DNA of 64,000 nt from Candidatus Doudnabacteria bacterium (GCA_016186915.1 JACPKU010000006.1:80921-144920); one strand, 5' to 3'. Shown: positions 43,745-53,884, numbered from the stretch's first letter. Numbers and translations are program-made. Notes: generated by a model from the letters alone, not told the origin.

Positions 43745-45418
43745 ATGGGACCAGTCAAAGACGACATAACTTTATTTGCCAAAACCAACTTCCGAAATAG
43801 AGATGTGCCTTTTGGCATCCTTAAAGACGACCGCAGAAGGCATATGTATATTGTCGGAAAAACCGGCATGGGCAAGACCACCATGATTGAGAACATGGTT
43901 ATTCAGGATATTCAGAATGGTCACGGGGTGGCTTTTGTGGATCCGCACGGCGATTCCGTGGAGAAAATTTTGCACTACATCCCTTCCAACCGCATTAATG
44001 ACGTGGTTTATTTCAACCCGGCGGATACGGATTACCCCATCGCCTTCAATCCGTTGGAAGCGGTGGATCCGAAATACAAGCATTTGGTGGCCGACGGACT
44101 GATGGGGGTGTTTACCAAGATTTGGGCCGGGGTTTGGAGTGCGAGAATGGAATACATCCTCAACAATACAATTCTGGCGCTATTGGATTCACCGGGCAAT
44201 ACCATGCTGGGGATTCCTAGAATGTATGTCAACAAGACCTATCGCAAGCGTATTGTGGACAATATCAAAGATCCCGTGGTCAAATCGTTCTGGGTGGATG
44301 AATTTGCTAATTATAATGATAAGTTTAGAAGCGAAGCAGTCTCGCCAATTCAGAACAAGGTCGGACAATTTGTGTCTTCGGCGATTATCCGCAACATCGT
44401 GGGACAAACCAAAAGCGCTATTGATTTGCGGGACATTATGGACAACAAGAAAATCTTTTTACTCAACCTTTCCAAAGGCAGAATCGGCGAGGACAGCTCG
44501 GCTTTGCTGGGGGCGATGATTATTACCAAACTGCAACTGGCGGCAATGAGCCGGGTGGATATACCTGAAGAGAGCCGGCAGGACTTTTATCTCTACGTGG
44601 ATGAATTCCAAAACTTCGCCACCCAATCGTTTGCCAATATCTTGTCTGAAGCCAGAAAGTATCGGTTGAATTTGATCGTGGCGCACCAATACATCGGTCA
44701 GCTGATTTCGGACAAAAGCACGGTTGTCCGCGACGCGATTTTCGGCAACGTCGGCACGATCATTACCTTTAGAGTCGGAGCGGAGGATGCCGAATTTTTG
44801 GAGAAGGAGTTTGAGCCGACTTACATGATGAATGATTTGGTCAACCTGACTAAATATAATATCTATCTCAAGTTGATGATCAACGGAGTGTCTTCCCATC
44901 CGTTTTCCGCCACCAGTATGCCGCCTCTGGGTGACCAGACCGACAGCGAAGAGAAAGTGATCACTGTTTCCCGCGAGCGCTATGCCAGCGACAAAAAAAC
45001 TGTGGAAGAGAAAATCAATAAGTGGATGGGCGCGGAGTTCCACTCGGAGGCCGCCAGGTCAGAAAGCGGCTCAATCGAGCAAGAAGAGACCAAAGAGACT
45101 TTGAGGTTTGAAGACAATCCCCAGGAACAAAAAGAACCAAGGCAGGAGCAGACGTTTGAGCCAAGAGGAGACAGAAGAAAGAAAAGAAAAAGAGACAGAA
45201 AACCGCACAGTGATCAGAACCAGGGCAAACCACAGGACAATCCCGTGTGGCAGACCGTGGAGAAAATATCGACAGAAAAAGTTCAGCAGGAAGTGGAAAA
45301 GGCTACTCAAGCTTTCTCCAGCTTGGGAGATTCTTTGGAAGAAAATCTTAAAAAGACCGAGCAACAAGACCAGCCAAACACAACAACCTTGAAACCCGGG
45401 GATAAGATTCAATTTTAG
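43745..45418 (+). CDS. VirB4/VirD4(TraG)-like P-loop ATPase
   Basis: RRRH.Y..GKTGMGKT, DPHGD, LYVDEFQNF, EARKY.L.L.VAHQ, FGNVGT...FRVG. Confidence 0.85.
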   Translation: MGPVKDDITLFAKTNFRNRDVPFGILKDDRRRHMYIVGKTGMGKTTMIENMVIQDIQNGHGVAFVDPHGDSVEKILHYIPSNRINDVVYFNPADTDYPIAFNPLEAVDPKYKHLVADGLMGVFTKIWAGVWSARMEYILNNTILALLDSPGNTMLGIPRMYVNKTYRKRIVDNIKDPVVKSFWVDEFANYNDKFRSEAVSPIQNKVGQFVSSAIIRNIVGQTKSAIDLRDIMDNKKIFLLNLSKGRIGEDSSALLGAMIITKLQLAAMSRVDIPEESRQDFYLYVDEFQNFATQSFANILSEARKYRLNLIVAHQYIGQLISDKSTVVRDAIFGNVGTIITFRVGAEDAEFLEKEFEPTYMMNDLVNLTKYNIYLKLMINGVSSHPFSATSMPPLGDQTDSEEKVITVSRERYASDKKTVEEKINKWMGAEFHSEAARSESGSIEQEETKETLRFEDNPQEQKEPRQEQTFEPRGDRRKKRKRDRKPHSDQNQGKPQDNPVWQTVEKISTEKVQQEVEKATQAFSSLGDSLEENLKKTEQQDQPNTTTLKPGDKIQF

Positions 45419-45456
45419 TTTGTGGATAAGTGAGTTTGTAGAAAAAGTAATAGACC

Positions 45457-45484
45457 AAAAAAACCCAGTAAAACTGGGTTTTTT
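45457..45484. terminator. Intrinsic terminator
   Basis: A7-CCCAGT-aaa-ACTGGG-T6. Confidence 0.8.
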
Positions 45485-45564
45485 AGATAATACCAGTTTT
45501 ATGTAGAAAATTATTTGACAAAAAATATGCAATATATATAATAAGTACGTAAAAAAAGATACTT

Positions 45565-46317
45565 ATGCAGACAGAAAATCTTTTAAGAGAATTTGGTTTA
45601 AACGAGAAAGAAATCGCAGTCTATTTGTGCTTAGTGGGCTTAGGCCCTTCTGCTGTGAGAAGCATTGCTCAAAAATCCGGCATAAATAGAGGTACTACTT
45701 ACGACATCCTTAGGTCTTTAAAAGAGCAAGGGTTGGTGAGTTTCAATAACAAACAAGCGCACCAATCCTTCGCGGCTGAGCCGCCGGAAAAAATCATTCA
45801 AGCGATTGATGAAAAAAAACGACAGCTTGGACGGCTAAAGATTGAGGCAGAAAAATCCCTGCCGGCATTAAAGTCAATTTTTGAAAAGTTTGGCGGCAAG
45901 CCTTTGGTGAGATATTACGAAGGGCCGGCGGGCGTTAAGCAGGTTTTGGAAGATGTGTTGCATACCATGCAGGATGCCAGCCACAAAACTTATTTTGTTT
46001 ATTCCTCGTCGAGCGTGGACCTGCGAAAAAAAATCTATAAAAAAATTCCAGATTTCAGCAAGCGGCGGATTAAGCTTAAGATTAACGTCAAAACTATTTC
46101 TTTGGGAAAGGGAGGAGCGCTGTCTGGCCTGGATGAGCGCAAATGTTTGAATGTGAAAGGAGCATTGCCAAATGCCACGCATGAAATAATCTACGATGGG
46201 AAAATCGCGTTTATAAGTTTAAATAACAGCGGCGAACCAGTCGCGGTGATTGTGGCGAATAGCGAGATTTACAAAATGCAAAAAATGATTTTCGAATCTA
46301 ATTGGGAGCGACTTTAG
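45565..46317 (+). CDS. TrmB family transcriptional regulator
   Basis: GLNEKE..VYL.L..LG, RGTTYD.L.SL...GLV, YEG..GVK; promoter TTGACA-16-TATAAT at 45515-45542. Confidence 0.88.
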   Translation: MQTENLLREFGLNEKEIAVYLCLVGLGPSAVRSIAQKSGINRGTTYDILRSLKEQGLVSFNNKQAHQSFAAEPPEKIIQAIDEKKRQLGRLKIEAEKSLPALKSIFEKFGGKPLVRYYEGPAGVKQVLEDVLHTMQDASHKTYFVYSSSSVDLRKKIYKKIPDFSKRRIKLKINVKTISLGKGGALSGLDERKCLNVKGALPNATHEIIYDGKIAFISLNNSGEPVAVIVANSEIYKMQKMIFESNWERL

Positions 46318-46360
46318 CTCGCAGTAAGTTTCGTGCATCTTTTCGCTGAAGGAGGACAAC

Positions 46361-46633
46361 GTGGTAGAGCAACGTTGGCAAAGCGATCCGGACACTAGGC
46401 AGATCGTAGAGCTAATCGTTCACTATCGGCGTGCTTGTCGAATTGTCGTCGGTACTCCCCATCTTGGAGGAGATGATTTGGGAACAACAGGCGAGTTGGT
46501 GGAGCTTCTGGCCCGAGCAGAAGCATTTGAATCACCGTGGGAAGAACTCGCCGACGTCCGAACACGGCAACTAGTGCAACAACATCTCGTCACATGGTTG
46601 TCTCGAAGGTCCAGGCGACACGCAACCGCGTGA
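46361..46633 (+). CDS. Hypothetical protein (GC-rich orphan)
   Basis: AAGGAGG SD before GTG; fills the gap between TrmB and the NTP transferase. Confidence 0.5.
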   Translation: MVEQRWQSDPDTRQIVELIVHYRRACRIVVGTPHLGGDDLGTTGELVELLARAEAFESPWEELADVRTRQLVQQHLVTWLSRRSRRHATA

Positions 46634-46695
46634 GAAGACGGGGAGGAGTTGTTATCCACACAGGCACAACTCCTCCCAGTATTTTAATTATAAAT

Positions 46696-47433
46696 ATGAA
46701 TTTACAAACAATCATTTTAGCGGCCGGCAAAGGGACAAGGATGGGGGACGAAAATACTCCCAAGGTTTTGTTTAAGTTGAGCGGCAAGCCGATGATTCGG
46801 TTTGTGGTCAATGAAGTGGAAAAGTTGAATCTGAGCTTAAAGCCGATTTTCGTAGTCGGTCATAAGTATGATTTAGTTCAGAAGGAGCTGGGTTCTAGTT
46901 ATGTTTATGCTTTTCAAGAAGGACAGCTGGGCACGGCTCATGCTGTAGACGCGGCGAAAGGATTCTCTTTGGGCACAGATGTTTTGGTTCTCTACGGCGA
47001 CATGCCTTTCGTCAAAACAGACAGCCTTAAAAAATTAATGAAGCTGCATGAGCAGAGCCGGCCTGTAGTGAGTATGTTTACTACAACAGTTGATTCGTTT
47101 GAGGGTCAATGGCAGAGCTTGCAAGGCTTTGGCCGGATCATTCGGAATGACAAAAATGAAATCAGCAGTATCAGGGAGTTTAAGGATGCTTCTGAGAACG
47201 AACGCATGATCAAAGAAGTCAACCCCGGCATTTACATATTTAAAGCTGACTGGCTGTGGCAAAATATTGATAAGATACAGAACAATAACGCCCAAAAAGA
47301 ATATTACCTGACGGATTTGATTCAACTGGCCAGTGAACAAGGGCTGGTGATTAAATCCGTGCAAATTGACCCGCGCGAAGTTTTCGGGATAAACACGAAA
47401 GAACAGCTAGTGCTTGCACGACAGTTGGTTTAG
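46696..47433 (+). CDS. GlmU-like uridylyltransferase, N-terminal domain only
   Basis: LAAGKGTRM, PKVL, Q..QLGT.HAV, LYGDMP, E.N.G.Y, NNAQ.EYYLTD; no hexapeptide acetyltransferase domain. Confidence 0.88.
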   Translation: MNLQTIILAAGKGTRMGDENTPKVLFKLSGKPMIRFVVNEVEKLNLSLKPIFVVGHKYDLVQKELGSSYVYAFQEGQLGTAHAVDAAKGFSLGTDVLVLYGDMPFVKTDSLKKLMKLHEQSRPVVSMFTTTVDSFEGQWQSLQGFGRIIRNDKNEISSIREFKDASENERMIKEVNPGIYIFKADWLWQNIDKIQNNNAQKEYYLTDLIQLASEQGLVIKSVQIDPREVFGINTKEQLVLARQLV

Positions 47434-47481
47434 CCTGATCCAAAATTGTTTGGCTGGCGGTTTTTTGATATACTTTCAGGC

Positions 47482-48579
47482 ATGGTTGAGAAACACAATG
47501 AGAAAAAAACCGTTGTGGTTGGTATGAGCGGTGGGGTTGATTCTTCCGTCACTGCAGCTTTGCTCAAAAAGCAAGGCTTTGATGTCGTAGGCGTGTTTAT
47601 GAAAAATTGGAGCAAGGACGTAGGAGATTATGGTTGTACTTGGGCGGAAGATTCCGAGGATGCGCGCAAGGTAGCCCATGTTTTGAAAATCCCTTTTTAC
47701 GTCTGGGATTTTGAAAAAGAATACCATGACCGCGTGGTGAAATATTTTTTGCGCGAATATCGTGCGGGCAGGACACCCAATCCAGATGTAATGTGCAACA
47801 GCCAGATTAAGTTTAAGTTGTTTTTGGAAAAAACATTGAAGCTGGGCGCGGAGTTTGTGGCTACCGGGCATTATGCCAGGGTCACGGATCATGGATCACA
47901 TAACGCATATCATTTGCTCAAAGGCGTAGATCCGGCCAAGGATCAAAGTTATTTTTTATACACTCTGACGCAAAAGCAATTAAGCAAAGTCTTGTTTCCC
48001 ATCGGCGGATACCAGAAAACCGAAATTAGAAAGCTGGCGAAGAAGTTTAAGCTTCCCAATTTTGCCAAAAGAGATTCGCAGGGAATTTGTTTTATTGGTA
48101 AAATCGATGTTACTGATTTTTTGAAAACGAATATTAAAGCAAAAAAAGGGGAGATTGTAAGCACCAACGGAGAGGTTTTAGGACAGCATGACGGCCTGCC
48201 GTTTTACACCATTGGTCAGCGCAGCGGTCTGAAGGTCGGAGGGAATGGTCCGTATTATGTGGTTAGTAAAATGAAACGGAAGAATCAGCTGATCGTGACC
48301 AATAGTCCAAATGACAAGGAACTTTGGAAAAAAGAATTCGAGATTAAAAATGTTACCTGGACTGCTGACCCGCCCAGGTTGCCGCTCAATGCTGGCGTGG
48401 TGATTCGGTACCATCATCCGGCGTTTAGAGCACGTATCACGTATCACGTATCACGGAACAAAAAAAATCTTAAGATAAAATTTAATCAACCACAGAGAGC
48501 GATCACAGAAGGGCAGTCAGCTGTGATCTACCAAGACCAGAAGATTTTGGGCGGGGGAGTGATTGATAAGATTTTTTGA
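47482..48579 (+). CDS. mnmA: tRNA 2-thiouridine(34) synthase
   Basis: MSGGVDSS, GRTPNPDV.CN, ATGHYAR, KDQSYFL, DSQGICFIG, YTIGQR. Confidence 0.97.
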   Translation: MVEKHNEKKTVVVGMSGGVDSSVTAALLKKQGFDVVGVFMKNWSKDVGDYGCTWAEDSEDARKVAHVLKIPFYVWDFEKEYHDRVVKYFLREYRAGRTPNPDVMCNSQIKFKLFLEKTLKLGAEFVATGHYARVTDHGSHNAYHLLKGVDPAKDQSYFLYTLTQKQLSKVLFPIGGYQKTEIRKLAKKFKLPNFAKRDSQGICFIGKIDVTDFLKTNIKAKKGEIVSTNGEVLGQHDGLPFYTIGQRSGLKVGGNGPYYVVSKMKRKNQLIVTNSPNDKELWKKEFEIKNVTWTADPPRLPLNAGVVIRYHHPAFRARITYHVSRNKKNLKIKFNQPQRAITEGQSAVIYQDQKILGGGVIDKIF

Positions 48580-48583
48580 TTCG

Positions 48584-48619
48584 TGTTTATAATTTCTACG
48601 ATCGTAGAAATTATAAACA
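48584..48619. repeat. Perfect 36-bp palindrome centred on CGATCG
   Basis: TGTTTATAATTTCTACGA|TCGTAGAAATTATAAACA. Confidence 0.9.
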
Positions 48620-48706
48620 GCGGGAGATGAGAATGAAGATGAGAATAAAAAAGAGGAGCGGACGAGGGTTCGTACGCTCCGGATGCGAGGCCGGGGCCGG
48701 CCAGAA

Positions 48707-49141
48707 TTAGAGAAACAGCGAGTCGCCACCCTGGTCAGGATCCAGTTCGTCCGGCCAACAGGACGGTTCGCCGTAATGCATGGTCTCGTCGTCCCAGTCG
48801 GGTTCTTCCGGACAGCGAAAGAACGCACTGATCTGGTGGGTCGTAGCTTTGAGTTCGAGCGGCTGTCCAGCTCCGAGGTCGAGAAAGAAGACGACCTCTG
48901 GGTCCGGGGTTGCCGAGCAGACTCTCAGATCAAACCGGTAGATGTCGGCGGGCAACTTACTGCAGTTTTCGGCAAACGGCCGTTCAAAGCAATCATGTCC
49001 TCGCCGAACCAAGACCAGGTGCAGAGTGGTTTCGTCCGGGCGGGGACTGGGTGTCTGCTTGACGAAGACCGCGGCTTTTGGGCGAAGCGCGATGTCGCCA
49101 TCAAATTCCAAATACGGGACCAACAGCACAGACATGGGCAT
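48707..49141 (-). CDS. Hypothetical protein (GC-rich orphan)
   Basis: Open frame with purine-rich SD-like upstream sequence; no recognisable motif. Confidence 0.45.
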   Translation of the reverse strand: MPMSVLLVPYLEFDGDIALRPKAAVFVKQTPSPRPDETTLHLVLVRRGHDCFERPFAENCSKLPADIYRFDLRVCSATPDPEVVFFLDLGAGQPLELKATTHQISAFFRCPEEPDWDDETMHYGEPSCWPDELDPDQGGDSLFL

Positions 49142-49302
49142 AGGCCTACTCCATCCTCTTTTCATTTGTGATAGGTCAAGTATTTGTAATTATATATTAA
49201 AAACCCGGCCGCAACAACCCGGCCGGGCAGGGTTTGAGTATGGAGATATTCTGCTACTCGTGTTAGAATACGAAATAAGATAGCCAGGTCAAGGAGGTTA
49301 CT

Positions 49303-49506
49303 GTGCAAAATCGACAGCTCGTGCCGGAACCAGACGGGCCGATTAGGCCGGTGAGGCGCAGTAGTCGTTTCCGGGATCACGCCGAGGGTCACAGGCCCCA
49401 ACTCGTCCCCGAGCCAGACGGGCCGATTCGACCGATCCGACAACGCGGCAAGCAGTCAGGAGGTGTAGGAGGAAAGGATAGACTGTCCGACGATTTCGCC
49501 TTCTAA
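49303..49506 (+). CDS. Small peptide with a duplicated QLVPEPDGPIRP motif
   Basis: AAGGAGG SD; the two 12-codon copies differ only at synonymous sites. Confidence 0.55.
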   Translation: MQNRQLVPEPDGPIRPVRRSSRFRDHAEGHRPQLVPEPDGPIRPIRQRGKQSGGVGGKDRLSDDFAF

Positions 49507-49578
49507 CGAGGTAGTCCAAGTCTGTTGGGGAGGTGCTCACTGAATGATCGTTCAGTGAGTTTTTTTAACTTTTTACGG

Positions 49579-51585
49579 TTAAACCAAGAGAATGCCAACT
49601 AGTAAAAGCGCAACGATATTTATAATTTTTATCATGGGATTAATAGCCGGGCCGGCAGTGTCTTTGTATGGATCACCCACAGTGTCGCCAGTCACGGCTG
49701 CTTGATGGGCAAAAGATTTTTTACCGCCGTAATTTCCTTCTTCAATAAATTTTTTGGCATTGTCCCAAGCCGCGCCGCCGGAAGTCATAGAGATGGCCAC
49801 GAACAGACCGGTGATGATGGAGCCGACCAGCAAGCCGCCCAAGGCTTTGAAGCCCAAGAAAGGAGTAATGGCCACCAAGATTGGAACCACCACTGGGATC
49901 AGTGCCGGGATGATCATTTCTTTGATCGCGGCTTTAGTAACTATATCCACGGCGCGACCGTAATCCGGCTTGGCCGTACCCGCCATGATGCCCGGAATTT
50001 CTCGGAACTGTCGGCGCACTTCTTCCACCACGGCGTGCCCAGCCTTGCCCACGGCCTGCATGGCTAGAGAGCTAAACAGATAAGGAAGGAGGCCTCCGAT
50101 TACAAGTCCAGCGAGCACTCTGACATCGGATAGATCAAAACTAAGACTCCGTCCAAGCGCTCTAAGCTCTTCAGTATAAGAAGCAAACAGCACGACCGCA
50201 GCCAAGCCCGCGGAAGCAATGGCATAGCCTTTGGTCACGGCTTTGGTGGTGTTGCCAACGGCATCCAACGCATCAGTGGACTGCCGGACATTTTCCGGAA
50301 GACCGGCCATTTCCGCAATCCCGCCGGCATTGTCAGTGATTGGGCCGAAGGCATCGATTGCCACCACTATCCCGGCCATAGACAACATAGACACCACAGC
50401 AATGGCTGAACCATAAAGTCCGCCCAATTCGTGAGAGAGAATCACGCCACCGATGATCACCAGTACCGGCAGTGCGGTGGCTTGCATAGAAACCGCAAGC
50501 CCCGTGATGATGTTGGTGCCGTGTCCGGTGGTGGAAGCCTTGGCAATGTCCTGCACCGGCTTAAATTTTTTGGATGTGTAGTATTCAGTTATGATGACCA
50601 TCAGTGCGGTCACAGCAAGGCCAACCAGCGCGCTTAAGAAAAGCGGCCAGCCGATTTTATGGTTGTTGAACGTCTGTTTGGTGGCAAAGAAAAATCCCAC
50701 GGCTGCCAGTACGGCAGAAATAATCAAGCCTTTGTAAAGCGCGGCCATGATAGCGGATCCAGAGAGACGCACGAACAAACTTCCAATGATTGATGCGATA
50801 ATTGAGATGGCGCCAAGCGCCAGCGGATAGAGGACAAACAAGTTGTTATCTGGGAATAAAATACTGCCCAAAAGCATGGCTGCAATGGTGCTGACTGCGT
50901 AGGTTTCGAAAAGATCCGCGGCCATGCCCGCGTCATCGCCGACATTGTCGCCGACGTTGTCCGCAATTACCGCAGGATTTCTCGGGTCGTCTTCAGGAAT
51001 CCCGGCTTCGATTTTCCCGACCAAGTCAGCGCCGACGTCAGCACCTTTGGTAAAGATCCCGCCGCCGAGCCTGGCAAATACGGAGATCAAACTGCCGCCA
51101 AAACCCAAGCCGATCAAAGCTTTGATGTCACCGCCGGTAAAGTAATAAAACAGAGTCACTGAGAGAAGTCCCAATCCAACTACAAACAAGCCAGTTACAG
51201 CGCCGCCTTTGAAAGCCAAGCTAAAAGCGTTTTTCAGAGATGATTTAGCGGCTTCAGTGACACGGACATTGGCGCGCACCGCCACATACATTCCTATAAT
51301 TCCAGCCAAGGCTGAGGCTATTGCGCCGACTAAAAATCCTATCGTAGTAGCAAGTCCTAAGAAAAAATAAATTAACATTGCCAGGATCACAGCCACCAGG
51401 GCAATGGTTTTGTACTGGCGGGTAAGATATGCCGCCGCTCCTTCTTGGATAGCTGCGGCAATCTCTTGCATTTTGTCGCTCCCAGCTGGTTTGCTAAGCA
51501 CGATACGAGTGAGAACAATTCCGTAAGCCAGAGCGAAAATTGCGGATAAAACCGAGAGCCAGATAATATTTGCTTCTGTAAACAT
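49579..51585 (-). CDS. hppA: Membrane-bound pyrophosphatase, K+-independent type
   Basis: [39 protein letters not shown] (Lys at the K+-dependence position), GDT.GDP.KD. Confidence 0.95.
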   Translation of the reverse strand: MFTEANIIWLSVLSAIFALAYGIVLTRIVLSKPAGSDKMQEIAAAIQEGAAAYLTRQYKTIALVAVILAMLIYFFLGLATTIGFLVGAIASALAGIIGMYVAVRANVRVTEAAKSSLKNAFSLAFKGGAVTGLFVVGLGLLSVTLFYYFTGGDIKALIGLGFGGSLISVFARLGGGIFTKGADVGADLVGKIEAGIPEDDPRNPAVIADNVGDNVGDDAGMAADLFETYAVSTIAAMLLGSILFPDNNLFVLYPLALGAISIIASIIGSLFVRLSGSAIMAALYKGLIISAVLAAVGFFFATKQTFNNHKIGWPLFLSALVGLAVTALMVIITEYYTSKKFKPVQDIAKASTTGHGTNIITGLAVSMQATALPVLVIIGGVILSHELGGLYGSAIAVVSMLSMAGIVVAIDAFGPITDNAGGIAEMAGLPENVRQSTDALDAVGNTTKAVTKGYAIASAGLAAVVLFASYTEELRALGRSLSFDLSDVRVLAGLVIGGLLPYLFSSLAMQAVGKAGHAVVEEVRRQFREIPGIMAGTAKPDYGRAVDIVTKAAIKEMIIPALIPVVVPILVAITPFLGFKALGGLLVGSIITGLFVAISMTSGGAAWDNAKKFIEEGNYGGKKSFAHQAAVTGDTVGDPYKDTAGPAINPMIKIINIVALLLVGILLV

Positions 51586-51664
51586 AAATAAATTGATTAA
51601 TTGAGGCTTTTATGATTATAGCAAAAAATGTATAATAATTCTATTGATGCAACCCGTCTATTAT

Positions 51665-51738
51665 TGGGGAGTAGCCAAGCGGTAAGGCAACGGACTCTGA
51701 ATCCGTCATCGTAGGTTCGATCCCTACCTCCCCAGCCA
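51665..51738 (+). tRNA. tRNA-Gln(CTG)
   Basis: Acceptor TGGGGAG/CTCCCCA, anticodon arm ACGGA-CTCTGAA-TCCGT, GGTTCGA T-loop, encoded CCA. Confidence 0.96.
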
Positions 51739-51852
51739 AAAAAAAGATTTTCCGTTTTTAATCATAAAAAAATGGCTCATCTCATGGGGAGGTGAGCCAA
51801 TCCAGAATGGGCGGGAACCCGTACAACGCGATTGCAAACGCGTTGACCTCCT

Positions 51853-52116
51853 TCAGTGCGTTCTGGCCAGCTCGCGGACCTTCGCGGCCACACTTTCCGG
51901 CAGGATCACGTCCTCGTCGAGCTGAACCAGTTCGTCCCAGGTCAGGTCAAATTCTTCCTTCAGCGTGAGGCTGATGGTGACCATGTGGTCATAAGCCTCT
52001 TTCCAGCCGCTGGGGTCGAGGTATCTGTAGGTTCCGATTTCCGTCACCACCAATATCAGCGGCGCGGCTCGCTCCGCTGCGACCCTGAACGCATCGAGCA
52101 TCTCTCCATAGGTCAC
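51853..52116 (-). CDS. Hypothetical protein (GC-rich orphan)
   Basis: AAGGAGG SD before GTG; protein-like composition. Confidence 0.6.
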   Translation of the reverse strand: MTYGEMLDAFRVAAERAAPLILVVTEIGTYRYLDPSGWKEAYDHMVTISLTLKEEFDLTWDELVQLDEDVILPESVAAKVRELARTH

Positions 52117-52136
52117 GTCTTTCCTCCTTCTCTCGG

Positions 52137-52616
52137 TCAGCGGCGGGCGTAGGACGGTGCCTCTGGTTTTTCCTGCCGGCGTTGTTCACTCTGGTTCTCC
52201 AGCGGATCGCCATCAGTTTTGCCATACGCCGACCGTACCTCGTCGAATTGGTCTTGCAGTATCTGAGCTTGGCGAGAGTCTTGCGACAGATACCTGGCTC
52301 TCGGAGTTGACTCGGACCCGGCCGTGTAGTTGAAGTGATCCACTACAGGCTCTGGCGCCTCCACAATGGCGACTTCTTCGCACCACGTGTCATTGTCTAG
52401 ACAGAAGACGCTATACTTGTCGAGCACGTTGTCTTCGCCCAGATCCAAGTACACCCGAAGGATGTTGTTTTTCTCCACCATACGGAAGTCTGTGAACTCC
52501 ACGCCCAGCGGTCTGCCAGAGTGTTCGTCAGTGAGCAGCTCCCGCTTGATCCCTGGGGACGCACAGCCACTGACCAAAAGCGCCAGGCCGAGCAGGCAGT
52601 TGTATCTATTTTTCAT
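52137..52616 (-). CDS. Putative lipoprotein
   Basis: MKNRY..LLGLALLVSGC lipobox; AAGGAGG SD before ATG 52616. Confidence 0.65.
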   Translation of the reverse strand: MKNRYNCLLGLALLVSGCASPGIKRELLTDEHSGRPLGVEFTDFRMVEKNNILRVYLDLGEDNVLDKYSVFCLDNDTWCEEVAIVEAPEPVVDHFNYTAGSESTPRARYLSQDSRQAQILQDQFDEVRSAYGKTDGDPLENQSEQRRQEKPEAPSYARR

Positions 52617-52812
52617 TAGCCGATCCTCCTTGCGAATAAGTAAGTTTAACACGTCTCTTACCCGGACAGCAAAAGGATCAAAGTCGGACGACCGGACAAG
52701 CCGCGGCGGTCTCAAGCTCCGAACCCTCTTAAGGTCCGGAGTTTTTTTGACTATAAAATTTTTCCCTGATAAGCTGGTTTCATTATGCCACTGTCCTGAA
52801 GGAGGAAAGGCC

Positions 52813-53397
52813 ATGAAGTTCACAGCTGAAAGTCCAGCCGAGTACTTCCGAGGGCTGGTAGAAAGTGCGATCGAACAACAGCGGATTCCGGCTAGTCAGT
52901 CGGCCAGGTATTATCTGACCAACTTGCTTTGCGGCTATGTGAGTCCAAGTACGGCCGGGACCTTACTGCCGTTTGAGGATGAGCTGCTAGTGATCAGACT
53001 GTGTCGGGCTTTGTCCGCCGGCGGGAGGGTGCAGCGCACGGAGCTGCGCCTGCTTGGCGACGTATCGTTGTTCGCGGCAGGATACTTTTCGGACAGTTTC
53101 CGCCGCAAACTGGTGGATGTGGATTATTACATAACGCTCGGCGGCTGCGCCTACACCGCACTCAGCCAGGCTGGACGGCGGGCGACGAATGGGTTGTTCG
53201 CTGAGCTGGCAGACAAGTTCGTCTCGTTCGCTGACGTTTTAGCAGACGTCAGCGAACAAAGCGGACTGACCTCCAACCGTGATTTACTGCGTCTCTACGA
53301 ACGGTGGCTGAAAACCAGAAGCTTACGGGATGCAAGGAAGCTTGCACAGCGGGGGATTACTCCAAATCTCACGTTGCGCAGTCTGCGAGTGCAGTAA
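52813..53397 (+). CDS. Helical hypothetical protein
   Basis: EYF..LV, YL.NLL, LGD.SLF..G.F.DS..RKLVDVDYY..LGG.AY, DLLRLYERW; AAGGAGG SD before ATG 52813. Confidence 0.8.
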   Translation: MKFTAESPAEYFRGLVESAIEQQRIPASQSARYYLTNLLCGYVSPSTAGTLLPFEDELLVIRLCRALSAGGRVQRTELRLLGDVSLFAAGYFSDSFRRKLVDVDYYITLGGCAYTALSQAGRRATNGLFAELADKFVSFADVLADVSEQSGLTSNRDLLRLYERWLKTRSLRDARKLAQRGITPNLTLRSLRVQ

Positions 53398-53412
53398 GCG
53401 GAAGACCTCTCA

Positions 53413-53450
53413 CCCTTGCTTGGCTCACCCCAAGCAAGGGCTTTTTTTTT
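53413..53450 (+). terminator. Intrinsic terminator, copy 1
   Basis: CCCTTGCTTGG-CTCACC-CCAAGCAAGGG plus T-tract. Confidence 0.85.
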
Positions 53451-53555
53451 GCTGAGATTGATATCAACGGCGCTTCAACTGGCGGCAGCTGTTATTGACC
53501 GCTCTTGATAACGGTTGTATTATTTGGATATCCAATCTTCCAGCAGGAGGAAACC

Positions 53556-53855
53556 ATGAGTAGAATTGCCGTGCTCGAACGGGAAGAAGTCGTCGCGAGA
53601 GAGGTGCGCACGCCTGTTCAAGATCCGCCGCGTCCCGCAGCACCTCCACTGTATCGGCCTGATGGGCCGTCCGAGCCTGGGGATCTGCCGCTCAACGATC
53701 CCGCTTGGCAGCGCCTCGATGCCATGCGCGAAGAAGCGGGGCGACGAGGAATCAGCCAGGAGGAGCTGGCCTTGATGGACCACGGGTTCTGCCCCAAGCA
53801 GATCGACAAGCAGATCGGCAACCTGCGCCTCTGGCTCCGCAACCACCCGGCCTGA
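53556..53855 (+). CDS. Hypothetical Pro-rich protein (GC-rich orphan)
   Basis: TTGACC-17-TATTAT promoter, AGGAGG SD, own terminator. Confidence 0.6.
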   Translation: MSRIAVLEREEVVAREVRTPVQDPPRPAAPPLYRPDGPSEPGDLPLNDPAWQRLDAMREEAGRRGISQEELALMDHGFCPKQIDKQIGNLRLWLRNHPA

Positions 53856-53884
53856 CGCGCGCGTCGGCGCCGTCATCCCGTCCG

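Noticed and set aside
52366-52812. N-terminal extension of the 343-aa ORF
   Set aside because: Antisense to the lipoprotein gene; a strong SD defines the start at 52813
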